Source of the DNA: Pseudomonadota bacterium
GTDB taxonomy: Bacteria; Myxococcota; JACRCW01; JAFGSX01
Assembly: GCA_043821645.1 (NCBI GenBank)
Contig: JBDRCO010000046.1
Span: 87,560 to 151,559 of the forward strand
DNA length: 64,000 nt
Direction: 5' to 3'
Part shown: piece after piece, positions 51,033 to 59,692 of the stretch
Numbering within the stretch: the stretch's first letter is position 1
Layout: each line of letters begins with the position of its first letter
The notes under the pieces: model-generated
Database searches by the model: none
Told to the model about the DNA's origin: nothing
The model's input: the letters and a program-made list of their open reading frames with translations, nothing else
Program-made: the position numbers and the translations under genes

Positions 51033-51108
51033 CGCGCACACCCGCTGCACCCGGAGACAGGAACCCGCACGGGATCGCGATCGGGCCTGCGTCGGGAACG
51101 ACCCATGG

Positions 51109-52332
51109 TCAGCTCTCGAGGGCGCGTTCGGGCACGGTGTCGAAGAAGTGATCGTCGTCGAGGTAGAGGCTGCGCACCAGCTGCTCGACGGTGTCGGGCA
51201 TGTACTTGACCCACAGCTTGATCGGGACGTCATGCACGTCGTTCAGACCCGGGGCGCGGCACAGGCTCAGGATGAACTCCATGAGGAAGCGGATATTCAT
51301 GCCCAGGTTGCCGTTGTAGTCAGGGTGTCGGCGCTGGCTGAGCACCCGCTCCTCGTGCATGGCGCGGCCGATCTCGCTTTCGAGGTATTCCTGAAAGCTG
51401 GACACGATGATCTCGACGCTGACCTCATCGTCGGCCTGGGTCAGGAAGGTCAGATAGTCGTCGAGCACGCGCTCCGGCTCGAAGCCTCGCAGGTGCAGCA
51501 AGGTGAGGAAACGGCCCGACGGTGGACGCGCAGCCAGCATGGCCTTCGGGAACGGCAAGGCCACGTGCATGTTGGTCGCGTTGTAGACGCCCCGGTGCTC
51601 CTCGACCTCATCGACGCGACAGCCGAACTGCTCGAGCAGGGGCAGCAGGCGCGATCGTTCGTGGTCCTCGAGGATCAGCTTGACGCCCACCACGTCGGGG
51701 ATGGACTGCACACCCAGGTCGCGGGCGATGGTGCCCTGCTTGATGCGCTTGATCACGCGCCGCTCGGCGTGGGCGAACTCCTCGGCCATCTTCTCCGGCG
51801 GCGTGACCAGGGTGCGACGGTCGACGCCGAGGGAGCGGGCGCGCTCCTCGGCGAGCTGGTCCGCGCTCTCGCGGATCCGGCGCAACATGTCGTCGACGAT
51901 GCGGCGCCCTCCCTTCTCGGCAATACGCCGGAAGCGCTTGATGCGCGTGCACGCCACCAGCGACGGCTGGCCACTGGCCTCGACCGTGTAGTAGCCGCCA
52001 TCCACGGGGGTCTCCCGGTAGAAGTCCTCGGGAAAGCGCAGGTAGCGATCGCACATCTGCTCGATGCGGGGTGAGGTGTAGCGCAGGTTGCGGACCGCGA
52101 AGTCCTTGTAGGCGCCCTTGACCTGCGTCGGGTGCCAGGTGGGCTCGGCGCTGTGCAGCTCCCGGAGCAGGCGGGTGGTCAGGTCATCGAGCCAGATGCG
52201 AGCGCAGTACAGGTTGAAGTTGACGATGGTCTTGAGCTGCCGGACGTCACCGGAGCGCGGACGGTTGAGCATCCAGCGCGTGATCAGCTCGGCCAGCTGC
52301 TGTCGGTGTACGAAGCTATCGATGCGCAGCAT
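51109..52332 (-). CDS. Divergent RelA/SpoT-synthetase-like nucleotidyltransferase (407 aa)
   Basis: Ordered motifs [58 protein letters not shown]. Confidence 0.6.
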   Translation of the reverse strand: MLRIDSFVHRQQLAELITRWMLNRPRSGDVRQLKTIVNFNLYCARIWLDDLTTRLLRELHSAEPTWHPTQVKGAYKDFAVRNLRYTSPRIEQMCDRYLRFPEDFYRETPVDGGYYTVEASGQPSLVACTRIKRFRRIAEKGGRRIVDDMLRRIRESADQLAEERARSLGVDRRTLVTPPEKMAEEFAHAERRVIKRIKQGTIARDLGVQSIPDVVGVKLILEDHERSRLLPLLEQFGCRVDEVEEHRGVYNATNMHVALPFPKAMLAARPPSGRFLTLLHLRGFEPERVLDDYLTFLTQADDEVSVEIIVSSFQEYLESEIGRAMHEERVLSQRRHPDYNGNLGMNIRFLMEFILSLCRAPGLNDVHDVPIKLWVKYMPDTVEQLVRSLYLDDDHFFDTVPERALES

Positions 52333-52546
52333 GGCGTCCTCGCGAGGGGCGGCCCCAAGGTATAGCGCGCTGGCGATGACGGGTCGAGGTGGGAGATCGG
52401 ATGCCGGGGCCGGCCCACAAGACAGCTCAGGAGGAGCCGTGGCATAATCCTGCGCGATAGCGCCACGCCGCTGTGCAGGAGGGCGCGTCGCGTCGTGACT
52501 GGAGCGAGTGCAGGTCCCATCCTGCCGAGGGGAAGAGAGGTTGAGC

Positions 52547-53254
52547 ATGCGACACCTGTCCATCGCTGCCGGGCTCGGGTTGTGGATCCTGACGGGGTGC
52601 GTGACCTACTTCGGTGTGGACGCGGCGGAACCCGGAGACACGGGCCCGGATGGCAGCACGGTGCAGGACGCCAGCACGGCGTCGGATCTGGCGGGTGGTC
52701 AGGACAGGTTCACAGGCCTCGATCGCGCGACCGGCGTCGATCACACCACAGGTTTCGACGCAGGCGCACCCCGGGACGCCGCAGCGGGAGTCGACCTGGC
52801 GGTGCCGCACGACGCAGCTTCGGGCGGCGACCTCGGCGCGCCCCGCGACGCCAACGTGGTGGTGCCCGATGGTGGCATGCCGGTGGGGAGTCACTGCGAG
52901 AGCGCGCCCTGTACCCAGGAGGCCATGTGCATCGGCACGGCGACCAACGCCGTGTGCCGGCTCAAGTGCATCCGGGGCGACGGCACGTGCCAGGCGCAGA
53001 CCGAGTTCTGTCAGAACATCCTGCTCCCTGACGGCGGTCCCTCGCCCACGGGAGCCTGTGTACCCGCGCAGGGTGAAGGCCAGACGTGCGTCGACGAGCC
53101 CTGCGCCGAGATCTACACCTGCGCCTACTCGGGCGCGGATGCCGCATCCGTGACCTGCCACGTGTCGTGCTGGCCTCAGTCCACCGACGCCGGCTGTCCC
53201 TCCGGTCAAGCCTGCATGGGCTTCACCGGGCAGGATTCGGGGGCGTGCTTCTGA
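52547..53254 (+). CDS. Cys-rich lipoprotein with Asp/Ala/Gly linker
   Basis: Lipobox LTGC, DAG-rich linker, duplicated G-x-x-C...C Cys modules. Confidence 0.8.
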   Translation: MRHLSIAAGLGLWILTGCVTYFGVDAAEPGDTGPDGSTVQDASTASDLAGGQDRFTGLDRATGVDHTTGFDAGAPRDAAAGVDLAVPHDAASGGDLGAPRDANVVVPDGGMPVGSHCESAPCTQEAMCIGTATNAVCRLKCIRGDGTCQAQTEFCQNILLPDGGPSPTGACVPAQGEGQTCVDEPCAEIYTCAYSGADAASVTCHVSCWPQSTDAGCPSGQACMGFTGQDSGACF

Positions 53255-53329
53255 TCCGTCTCCAGGTGCGGTCCATACCTCGGCAATCGTCGCAGCTCCG
53301 GCGCCGCCCCTGGTCGCGGATGTCCGGGC

Positions 53330-54862
53330 TCAGTTGCCCGGCGTCTCGTCGTCGGGCACGACGTCTTCGGCCTGGGCGAGGTCGGGCGGTGGCGTGGTGT
53401 CTGGCGGCGGTTCCAGGCCCAGTTCCCGGGCCATGGGGTGCAGCGGAGGTGGGTGCGGGTTGTATCCGCGCGGTGCGGCAGCGGCACCCTGCTTGGCGCG
53501 AAGGATGGCCTCGAACGAGGTCTGCACAGGCGCGCCGACCAGGCACGCCGGCGGCGTGGCAGGTCCCTCGGTCGACAGGTCCTGCGCGCTTCGCCCGTGA
53601 TTGCTGCGATCCATGACCTCGACTTCCCAGCCAGGATCGTCGTTGTCGGAGCCCGGGTCAGGGGTGACATCGCGCGCCAGCACTTCGGCCGCCCCGACGC
53701 TGGCGTCGACCAGACCGCGGCGAAGCATGGGTGACGGCAGGGGAGGGATCACCGGCGGCGCGAGGTTCGGAGCCGCGGTGGGCGCGGCGGGTGGGGTCGG
53801 TTCTGCGGCCGCAGGGAGTCCGTGGCGCGAAGGATCGAACAGCGCGGGATCGAGCCGGGCGCCCAGGGGCACCAGCGACGGCAAAAAGCTCGGGATCCGG
53901 CCGGTGGGTACCAGCACGGGCACGGCCGCGTCGTCGTCGTCCGATGCGACGCAGTGAAACAGCGTGCTCAGCGCAGAGCCCTCGACACTGGGCACCAGCT
54001 CGTCGATCTCGACCACTGCAAGGCGCTTGTCGGGTAGGCGTCCCACGACCACCACCAGGGACAGCGCCGCGTCGCACAAGGTGCGCGCCACGACCGCATC
54101 CATGCCGCCGGCGCAGGCCAGCGCGACCAGCTGGGCGAGCCCACTGCGCGCATCGACGGCCGTTCCCCGGGCCATGGACCCCGCCAGACCCGTGGCGGCC
54201 TGCAGGAACCAGGGCGCGGTGGTGGCGTCGAGCCAGGGCGCCACGGCGCGATCCGGGCGCAGGGCAAGGACGCCCGGCAGCAGCTCTGCCGCATTCGAGG
54301 CATCGATGTGGAGTGGAATGCAGCCCGGGACCAGCGGGGCCATGCCAGGGTGCGCGATCAGCACGACGACGCGTTCCTGCGGGGTCAGGGCTTGCACCAG
54401 GGCAGCCAGCAGACCGCCATCCACCGCCGGTGGCGGCGTCAGCAGCAGGATGCCTCGGCGTCCCGCAACCGCGGCACGCAACAGGGGCAAGGCCAGGGCT
54501 GGCACCACGTCCGCATCGACCAGCATGTCCAGGTCCGGACCCTGCCTGGGTGGCAGGCTGAGGGCCAGATGTGGAACCTCGCCAGCTTCCATCCGCAACA
54601 CGGTCAGTTCCTGTCCGTGCTGGCCCTGCCCCCGTAGCAGGCGGCTGTCCACGCTCAGGCCCGCGTCGGCCGCGACAGCGCGGGCGATGCTCTCCAGGGC
54701 ACCTGCAGGCAAGGCGCCCTCGATGGTCTGCAGCTGACCGCGGCGCTCGACCAGCAGGCTGGTTTCACCGTCCGCGAGCAAATGGCTGACCTCCGGATCG
54801 CTCGCGTGATCTGCCAGGGGACCGAGCCAGCCGCGAAAGGGATCTGAAAAAAAGTCGAGCAT
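53330..54862 (-). CDS. CpaF/TadA/VirB11-like protein, degenerate ATPase, Pro-rich C-terminus
   Basis: DPEVSHLLADG..VERRG, ERVVVL, LALRPDR, VVVGRLPDKRLAVVEIDE. Walker A replaced by LTPPPAVDGG. Confidence 0.7.
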   Translation of the reverse strand: MLDFFSDPFRGWLGPLADHASDPEVSHLLADGETSLLVERRGQLQTIEGALPAGALESIARAVAADAGLSVDSRLLRGQGQHGQELTVLRMEAGEVPHLALSLPPRQGPDLDMLVDADVVPALALPLLRAAVAGRRGILLLTPPPAVDGGLLAALVQALTPQERVVVLIAHPGMAPLVPGCIPLHIDASNAAELLPGVLALRPDRAVAPWLDATTAPWFLQAATGLAGSMARGTAVDARSGLAQLVALACAGGMDAVVARTLCDAALSLVVVVGRLPDKRLAVVEIDELVPSVEGSALSTLFHCVASDDDDAAVPVLVPTGRIPSFLPSLVPLGARLDPALFDPSRHGLPAAAEPTPPAAPTAAPNLAPPVIPPLPSPMLRRGLVDASVGAAEVLARDVTPDPGSDNDDPGWEVEVMDRSNHGRSAQDLSTEGPATPPACLVGAPVQTSFEAILRAKQGAAAAPRGYNPHPPPLHPMARELGLEPPPDTTPPPDLAQAEDVVPDDETPGN

Positions 54863-55100
54863 CCTGGATCCCGTCCTGGTCCGGCTCCGCTGCGCGCTCC
54901 GGACTCGGTCTCGAATGCGGGGCGATCTTCACGTGATACCGAGCTGTTGGAGAATGCTATGGCGCGCCCATCGCGGGGTCAAACCGCACTGCGTGGATTC
55001 TGTATCCAGAGTGCGGTCTGTGTCACAGAACGTCCACATGTCACCTGCGCGCCGGGAGCAGCGTGCTACATACGCCGGGTCCCACACGAAGGAGTCCACG

Positions 55101-55574
55101 ATGAATCGTGTCAAGGTGGAAAACATGCCGAGCAACGAAGTCGAGGAGAAGGACGATGCGAGCGGCGGACCGTCGCCGCTGCGGCTGGCTTTCGGCCGCC
55201 GCCTGCGCACCCTGCGTCACCACCGCGTGATGTCGCAGCGCGTGCTCGCCACCACGTCCAGCGTCTCGATGAATACCATCGGCAGCATCGAGCGCGGTCT
55301 GCGCTTCCCCTCGCCCGAGGTCCTGGAGTCCCTGGCCGGCGCCCTCGACGTCGAGGTCAAGGAGATGTTCGACGTGGATGACCACGCCGCGCCGGTGACC
55401 CTCGAGGGTGCCGCGCGGGAGCTGTGTCGGGTGGTCAACGACGATCTGTTGCCGCGGGTCGAGGCCCTGACCCAGCTGGCGAACAAGCTGCTGGTCGAGA
55501 TCGACCGCGAGCATCTGGTCAAGCCCGAGGCTCGGCGGTCGACGGATCGCTCGATGTCCGTCAGCGCAGCCTGA
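55101..55574 (+). CDS. XRE-family HTH transcriptional regulator
   Basis: FGRRLRTLR..MSQRVLA....SMNTIGSIERGLRFPS. RBS AAGGAG. Confidence 0.9.
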   Translation: MNRVKVENMPSNEVEEKDDASGGPSPLRLAFGRRLRTLRHHRVMSQRVLATTSSVSMNTIGSIERGLRFPSPEVLESLAGALDVEVKEMFDVDDHAAPVTLEGAARELCRVVNDDLLPRVEALTQLANKLLVEIDREHLVKPEARRSTDRSMSVSAA

Positions 55575-55580
55575 GCGCGC

Positions 55581-57740
55581 CTACTCGCTGCCCAGTGGTC
55601 CTGCCCGCGCTGGAACCGCTTCCACATCCACGCCGGTGATGGCATCGCCCTCGAGCAGGGTGTCCACCACCTCCATGCCCGAGGTCACCCGCCCAAAGGC
55701 GGTGTAGCGGCCGTCCAAATGCGGCTGGCGCGACTGCGTGAAGAAGAACTGGCTCCCGCCGGTGTCGCGGCCCGCCAGGGCCATGCCCAGGGTCCCCCGT
55801 TCGTAGGCCCGGGGCGTGATCTCGTCGGGAATGGCATAGCCAGGCCCGCCGAAGCCATCGCCGCGCGGGTCGCCGCCCTGCACCACGAAGCCCGCGACCA
55901 CGCGATGAAAGCTCAGGCCATTGAAGAAGCCCGTGCGGGCAAGCTGCACGAAGTGGGCAGCAGTCTCCGGCGTTTCGTCGGCAAACAGCTCGATCTCGAT
56001 GCTGCCGCGAACCGTGTGCATGCGGGCGCGGAGCCCCCGCGGGTCGACCGCGGGTGGTGTGCCGAAGCGGGGCGCCATGCCAAACACCGGGGCCCGGCCC
56101 GTGGCGCGGCGCACGGCATTGCGCACCTCGACCGGCCCGGTATCCGCGAGCAGGGCGATGGCCTGGGCTGCGGTGCTCTTGCCGTGGGTGACCAGGGCTC
56201 GCGCCAGGGTTGCCCGGGCTGACAGCACCGCGGCATCACTGGCGCTCTGTGTTCGTTCGAGGGCGCGCTGGATGTCGTCAACCAGCGAGGGGTCCTCGGG
56301 CCAGGCCGTCAGGGCATCCGCCACAGCCTCGATCACTGCCGCGTCGTCGTCGGCAGCGAGCCGTGTTCGCAACAGGGTGCGGGTCGCGGCGTCGTCGGCC
56401 TCGCCCAGCGCCAGCACGGCCTGGATGCGCACGCGAGGATCGGCGTCACTCAGGTAAGGATGAAGCCTGGTGCGCAGGGGAGCGGAGCGCTGGGCAGCCA
56501 GGGCCAGGGCCTTGACCTCGCGGATGCGGGTCGTGACCTCGGGCTCGGTCTGACCGCTGCAACGGGCCAGGGGCTTGAGATCGAGGCTACGCGACGCCAG
56601 GGCAATGGCCACCTGGCAGCGCACGGGCCCCAGCGCCACACTGCTGGACGTGACCACGCGGCCGCTCGCCGGCGTCAGTACTCGCTCCACCCGGCGCAGG
56701 CCGTCGTCGTCAAGCAGGGACAGCGTCGTCCCCAGCACGTGGGCTGCCGGCGTATTACTGTCCGGCGCTGCCAGGATGGCCGCCACCGCCCGGTCTGCAG
56801 CCAGCTGCAGCGGCGCCTTGTTCATCTTCGGATCGCGGGAGGCGCGTCGTCCCAGGGCGCGCAAGGCCTCGACCTGTACCCGCCAGTCCTCGTCGTCGAG
56901 GGCCCGGACCAGTGCGTCCGCGCCTTCATCGCAGGCGCCCAGACCGCGCGCGGCCCAGGTCCTGACCCGCGCGTCGGCGTCCGCGCGCAGCAGCGTCGGG
57001 AACAGTTCCTGGGCCTGGCAGGTCTCGTGGCGTGCCAGGGCATAGACGGCTGCGAAACGCACCTCGGCCAGGGGACTGTGACCCAGGGCGATGAGCTTGC
57101 CGAACAGGTCGACGTTCTTGTGTGCGTCCTTGCCTCGTCGCACCGCGTGTACACCGTAGGCGAGGGCGGCATAGGCAGCGTTGAGGCCCTCCTCGTCGAG
57201 GCCGGCATAGATGTGGTGCAGACCCGGGCCGATCACGACCTGGCCCAGCGCCGCATACACCTGCTCGCGCACGCGCGGATTCTGCTCGACGTGCAGCCTG
57301 GCGTCGAGGGCGCGCTCGGCCTGGGCCCGGGTCTGCGCGGCCTGGCGCACCCAGGCGTCGGAGCCCTTGTGGCCGGCGTGGATCTGGTCGAGCAGCAGGG
57401 GCAGCTCCTGATCGAGGGCACCCAGGGCAAAGGCCGCATGACCGCGAACCGCCGCATCCTTGTCGCCCAGGGCGGTGATGAGGCTGGGCGCACCCTCGGG
57501 GTCCGCCAGGCGCGCCAGGGCCAGAGCCGTGCGAGCCCGCACCGACGCGTCCTCGTGCGCCAGGTAGGGCACCAGCGCCGTGGCCCGGACCCGTGCGCGC
57601 TCGAGCTTGGCCACGGTCGCCGTGGCCTGAACCGGGTCGCGTTCGACAGCAGAGGCCGCGGCTGCGGGCGCGCGCTGGGGCCCCGGTGACGAGGTGGTGC
57701 AGGACAGTGCAAGCAACGCGACGAGGGACAGGCGACGCAT
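55581..57740 (-). CDS. HEAT-repeat lipoprotein with C-terminal cyclophilin-type PPIase
   Basis: Lipobox ALSC, multiple L.D.D..VR..AA.ALG repeats, FHRVVAGFVVQGGDP, GSQFF, HLDGRYTAFG. Confidence 0.92.
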   Translation of the reverse strand: MRRLSLVALLALSCTTSSPGPQRAPAAAASAVERDPVQATATVAKLERARVRATALVPYLAHEDASVRARTALALARLADPEGAPSLITALGDKDAAVRGHAAFALGALDQELPLLLDQIHAGHKGSDAWVRQAAQTRAQAERALDARLHVEQNPRVREQVYAALGQVVIGPGLHHIYAGLDEEGLNAAYAALAYGVHAVRRGKDAHKNVDLFGKLIALGHSPLAEVRFAAVYALARHETCQAQELFPTLLRADADARVRTWAARGLGACDEGADALVRALDDEDWRVQVEALRALGRRASRDPKMNKAPLQLAADRAVAAILAAPDSNTPAAHVLGTTLSLLDDDGLRRVERVLTPASGRVVTSSSVALGPVRCQVAIALASRSLDLKPLARCSGQTEPEVTTRIREVKALALAAQRSAPLRTRLHPYLSDADPRVRIQAVLALGEADDAATRTLLRTRLAADDDAAVIEAVADALTAWPEDPSLVDDIQRALERTQSASDAAVLSARATLARALVTHGKSTAAQAIALLADTGPVEVRNAVRRATGRAPVFGMAPRFGTPPAVDPRGLRARMHTVRGSIEIELFADETPETAAHFVQLARTGFFNGLSFHRVVAGFVVQGGDPRGDGFGGPGYAIPDEITPRAYERGTLGMALAGRDTGGSQFFFTQSRQPHLDGRYTAFGRVTSGMEVVDTLLEGDAITGVDVEAVPARAGPLGSE

Positions 57741-57943
57741 GGCGGTCCTCGTGTGGGTCGGGGCAGCCAGAAGGTGCTCATGCTATCCTGTAAAAAAATT
57801 CCGGTCACGCCAGGAGCAGGGCTGGGGTTGGTGGGGCTGGACTCGCAGACTTGCCGCAGCACGCCGCCGCTGCTACACGCTGCAGCAGTGAATCGGCGAC
57901 ATGAGCAGGACGGGCGCGGCGGAAAGTCCGCGAAGTGAGTGCA

Positions 57944-58915
57944 ATGAGCGAGGTCAAGAGCCAGGTGCTGGAGCGCGAGCCAGAGGCCTCCCCGGCCTCG
58001 AGCACGGCCCTGGTGCCCGCGCGCCGGGGCGAGAGTGCGCTGGTCGCGGCCGATCCCCTGGCTCGGTACCTGTCCTGGATTCGAGAGTTTCCGGTGCTGC
58101 CCGCCGACGAGCAGATGGAACTCGCTCGCGCCTACAAGGCAACCGGCGAGCGCCAGTCCGCCACCACGCTGCTGCGCTCGAACCTGCGCCTCGTCGTCAA
58201 GATCGCCTACGAGTACCGGCGCCGCTGGGTCGAGATGCTGGAGCTGATCCAGGAAGGGAATCTGGGTCTGGTCGAGGCCATCGAGCGCTTCGATCCGCTG
58301 CGCGAGGTGCCCTTCACCAGCTATGCCCAGTACTGGATCCGCGCCTACATCCTGCGCTACGTCATGGACAACTTCCGGGCCGTGCGCCTGTCGTCGACAC
58401 GTGCGGGTCGCAAGCTGTTCTGGCGACTGGGCAAGGAGCGCGCCAAGCTCGAGCGCGAGGGCTTCGTACCGACCACGCTCATGCTGGCCGAACGCACCGG
58501 GGTCACCGAGCAGGAGATCCTGGATGTGTCGCGGGTGCTGGACAGGCCCGCAACCTCCCTCGACGCGCCGACCCGCGGCAGCGACGGCGAGAGCGGTGCG
58601 TCCCTCGGGGAGCGCCTGCCCGACGAGCACGGTGACGATCCGGAAATGAATGCGGCGCTGTCCGAGCTGCGCGAGAAGGTGCAGCGGGTGCTGCGCAGCT
58701 TCGAGGCGGCGCTGGAAGATCCGCGCGAGCAAAAGATCTTCCAGGAACGTCTGGTGGCCGAGACCCCGGTGCCGCTTCGCGAGATGGGGGCGCGCATGGG
58801 TATCAGCCGTGAGCGCGTGCGCCAGCTCGAGTCCCGCCTGCGCGAGCAGCTGGCCAAGGTCCTGCGCGCCGAGCTCGGCGAGGATGCCATCCTCGACTTT
58901 GTCCGCGGCGATTGA
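57944..58915 (+). CDS. RNA polymerase sigma factor, RpoH/sigma-32 family
   Basis: SNLRLVVKIA, ELIQEGNLGL, WIRAYI, RpoH-box-like RKLFWRL, ISRERVRQLE. Confidence 0.88.
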   Translation: MSEVKSQVLEREPEASPASSTALVPARRGESALVAADPLARYLSWIREFPVLPADEQMELARAYKATGERQSATTLLRSNLRLVVKIAYEYRRRWVEMLELIQEGNLGLVEAIERFDPLREVPFTSYAQYWIRAYILRYVMDNFRAVRLSSTRAGRKLFWRLGKERAKLEREGFVPTTLMLAERTGVTEQEILDVSRVLDRPATSLDAPTRGSDGESGASLGERLPDEHGDDPEMNAALSELREKVQRVLRSFEAALEDPREQKIFQERLVAETPVPLREMGARMGISRERVRQLESRLREQLAKVLRAELGEDAILDFVRGD

Positions 58916-59034
58916 CGGGGCCACGCTCGCCGGCCGCCGTCTCACCTGTCGTGGATGGACCGTGCCGCGCTGCCGGGCTGAAGCCGGCAAGACTCTCGTC
59001 GCCGAGGACGGGCCTGCCGCGCACAGCACAAAAG

Positions 59035-59123
59035 AAGACCGCCGTACACACGACCGGGAGTCCGCACCGTTGCTCCCTTCCGGGCCTGGCGGGGTTAGGA
59101 CGCGGCCGTTGCACGGCGGTCAC
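59035..59123 (-). ncRNA. ffs: Signal recognition particle 4.5S RNA
   Basis: Minus strand contains AACCCCGCCAGGCCCGGAAGGGAGCAACGG (domain IV, GGAA loop). Ends pair (GACCGCCGTGCA / TGTACGGCGGTC), followed by a T-tract. Lies downstream of tRNA-Ser. Confidence 0.88.
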
Positions 59124-59189
59124 AGGCGCCCACGTGGGGCGAGAACCTATCCTACCTCGATCCGTCGCGCGCGGGGCGCGGGTTTTTCA

Positions 59190-59280
59190 TGGCGGAGAGG
59201 GCGGGATTCGAACCCGCGGCACCCTTTTGAGGTGCACACGATTTCCAGTCGTGCACCTTCGGCCTCTCGGTCACCTCTCC
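59190..59280 (-). tRNA. tRNA-Ser(GGA)
   Basis: GGAGAGG...CACGA-CT-GGA-AA-TCGTG, long variable arm, GTTCGAATC, CCA end. Confidence 0.97.
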
Positions 59281-59284
59281 ATGG

Positions 59285-59402
59285 CCCTGGCAGCACCGTT
59301 TTTCCAGGGGCGTTCGGCACGCCCCTCCCCCGTCGAAGTGAATTCGACGGGGCCCCCACCCTGGCAGCACACCACGTTTCTCGAGGGGCGTTCGGCACGC
59401 CC
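59285..59402. repeat. Two-copy imperfect direct repeat with hairpins in the tRNA spacer
   Basis: CCCTGGCAGCAC at 59285 and 59359. AGGGGCGTTCGGCACGCCC at 59306 and 59384. A 10-bp hairpin lies between them at 59328-59352. Confidence 0.8.
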
Positions 59403-59435
59403 ACCAATCATCGCTCCGGGGTGCGGCGCCGGATC

Positions 59436-59527
59436 TGGCGGAGAGCGAGGGATTCGAACCCCCGGTACCGTTACCAGTACACCTGATTTCGAGTCAGGCG
59501 CCTTCGACCAGGCTCGGCCAGCTCTCC
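59436..59527 (-). tRNA. tRNA-Ser(CGA)
   Basis: GGAGAGC...CCTGA-CT-CGA-AA-TCAGG, long variable arm, GTTCGAATC, CCA end. Confidence 0.97.
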
Positions 59528-59559
59528 ACATCCGACGCCGCGTCCCGGCGCGAAGGCGC

Positions 59560-59589
59560 TATTTACGTGAGCGCAGGCTGGTCCGTCAA
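59560..59589 (-). promoter_or_regulatory. Putative sigma70-type promoter for tRNA-Ser/tRNA-Ser/ffs
   Basis: TTGACG-N18-TAAATA on the minus strand, followed by a GC-rich discriminator. Confidence 0.45.
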
Positions 59590-59692
59590 TACCGACACTG
59601 GTAAAAAGCATGTCCAGTCACTGACGGCCATTTTTAACGGCGCGGCTGTGGTAAGAGAGGCGCTCGGTTCTTTTTACTTTGGGAGTTCCTGC

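Noticed and set aside
54975-55085. c-di-GMP-I riboswitch (GGTCAAACC start)
   Set aside because: Lacks the GAAA tetraloop and the GCAAAGC junction.
59166-59187. Plus-strand intrinsic terminator (CGCGC-N5-GCGCG-GG-TTTTT)
   Set aside because: Only a 5-bp stem, offset from the T-run, and 250 nt from the nearest plus-strand stop.
59285-59402. Mini CRISPR array
   Set aside because: Only two imperfect units, no cas genes, and located within a tRNA operon.
59190-59527. tRNAs as integration sites for a prophage or island
   Set aside because: No integrase, no duplicated tRNA 3' end seen in the window, and no compositional shift.
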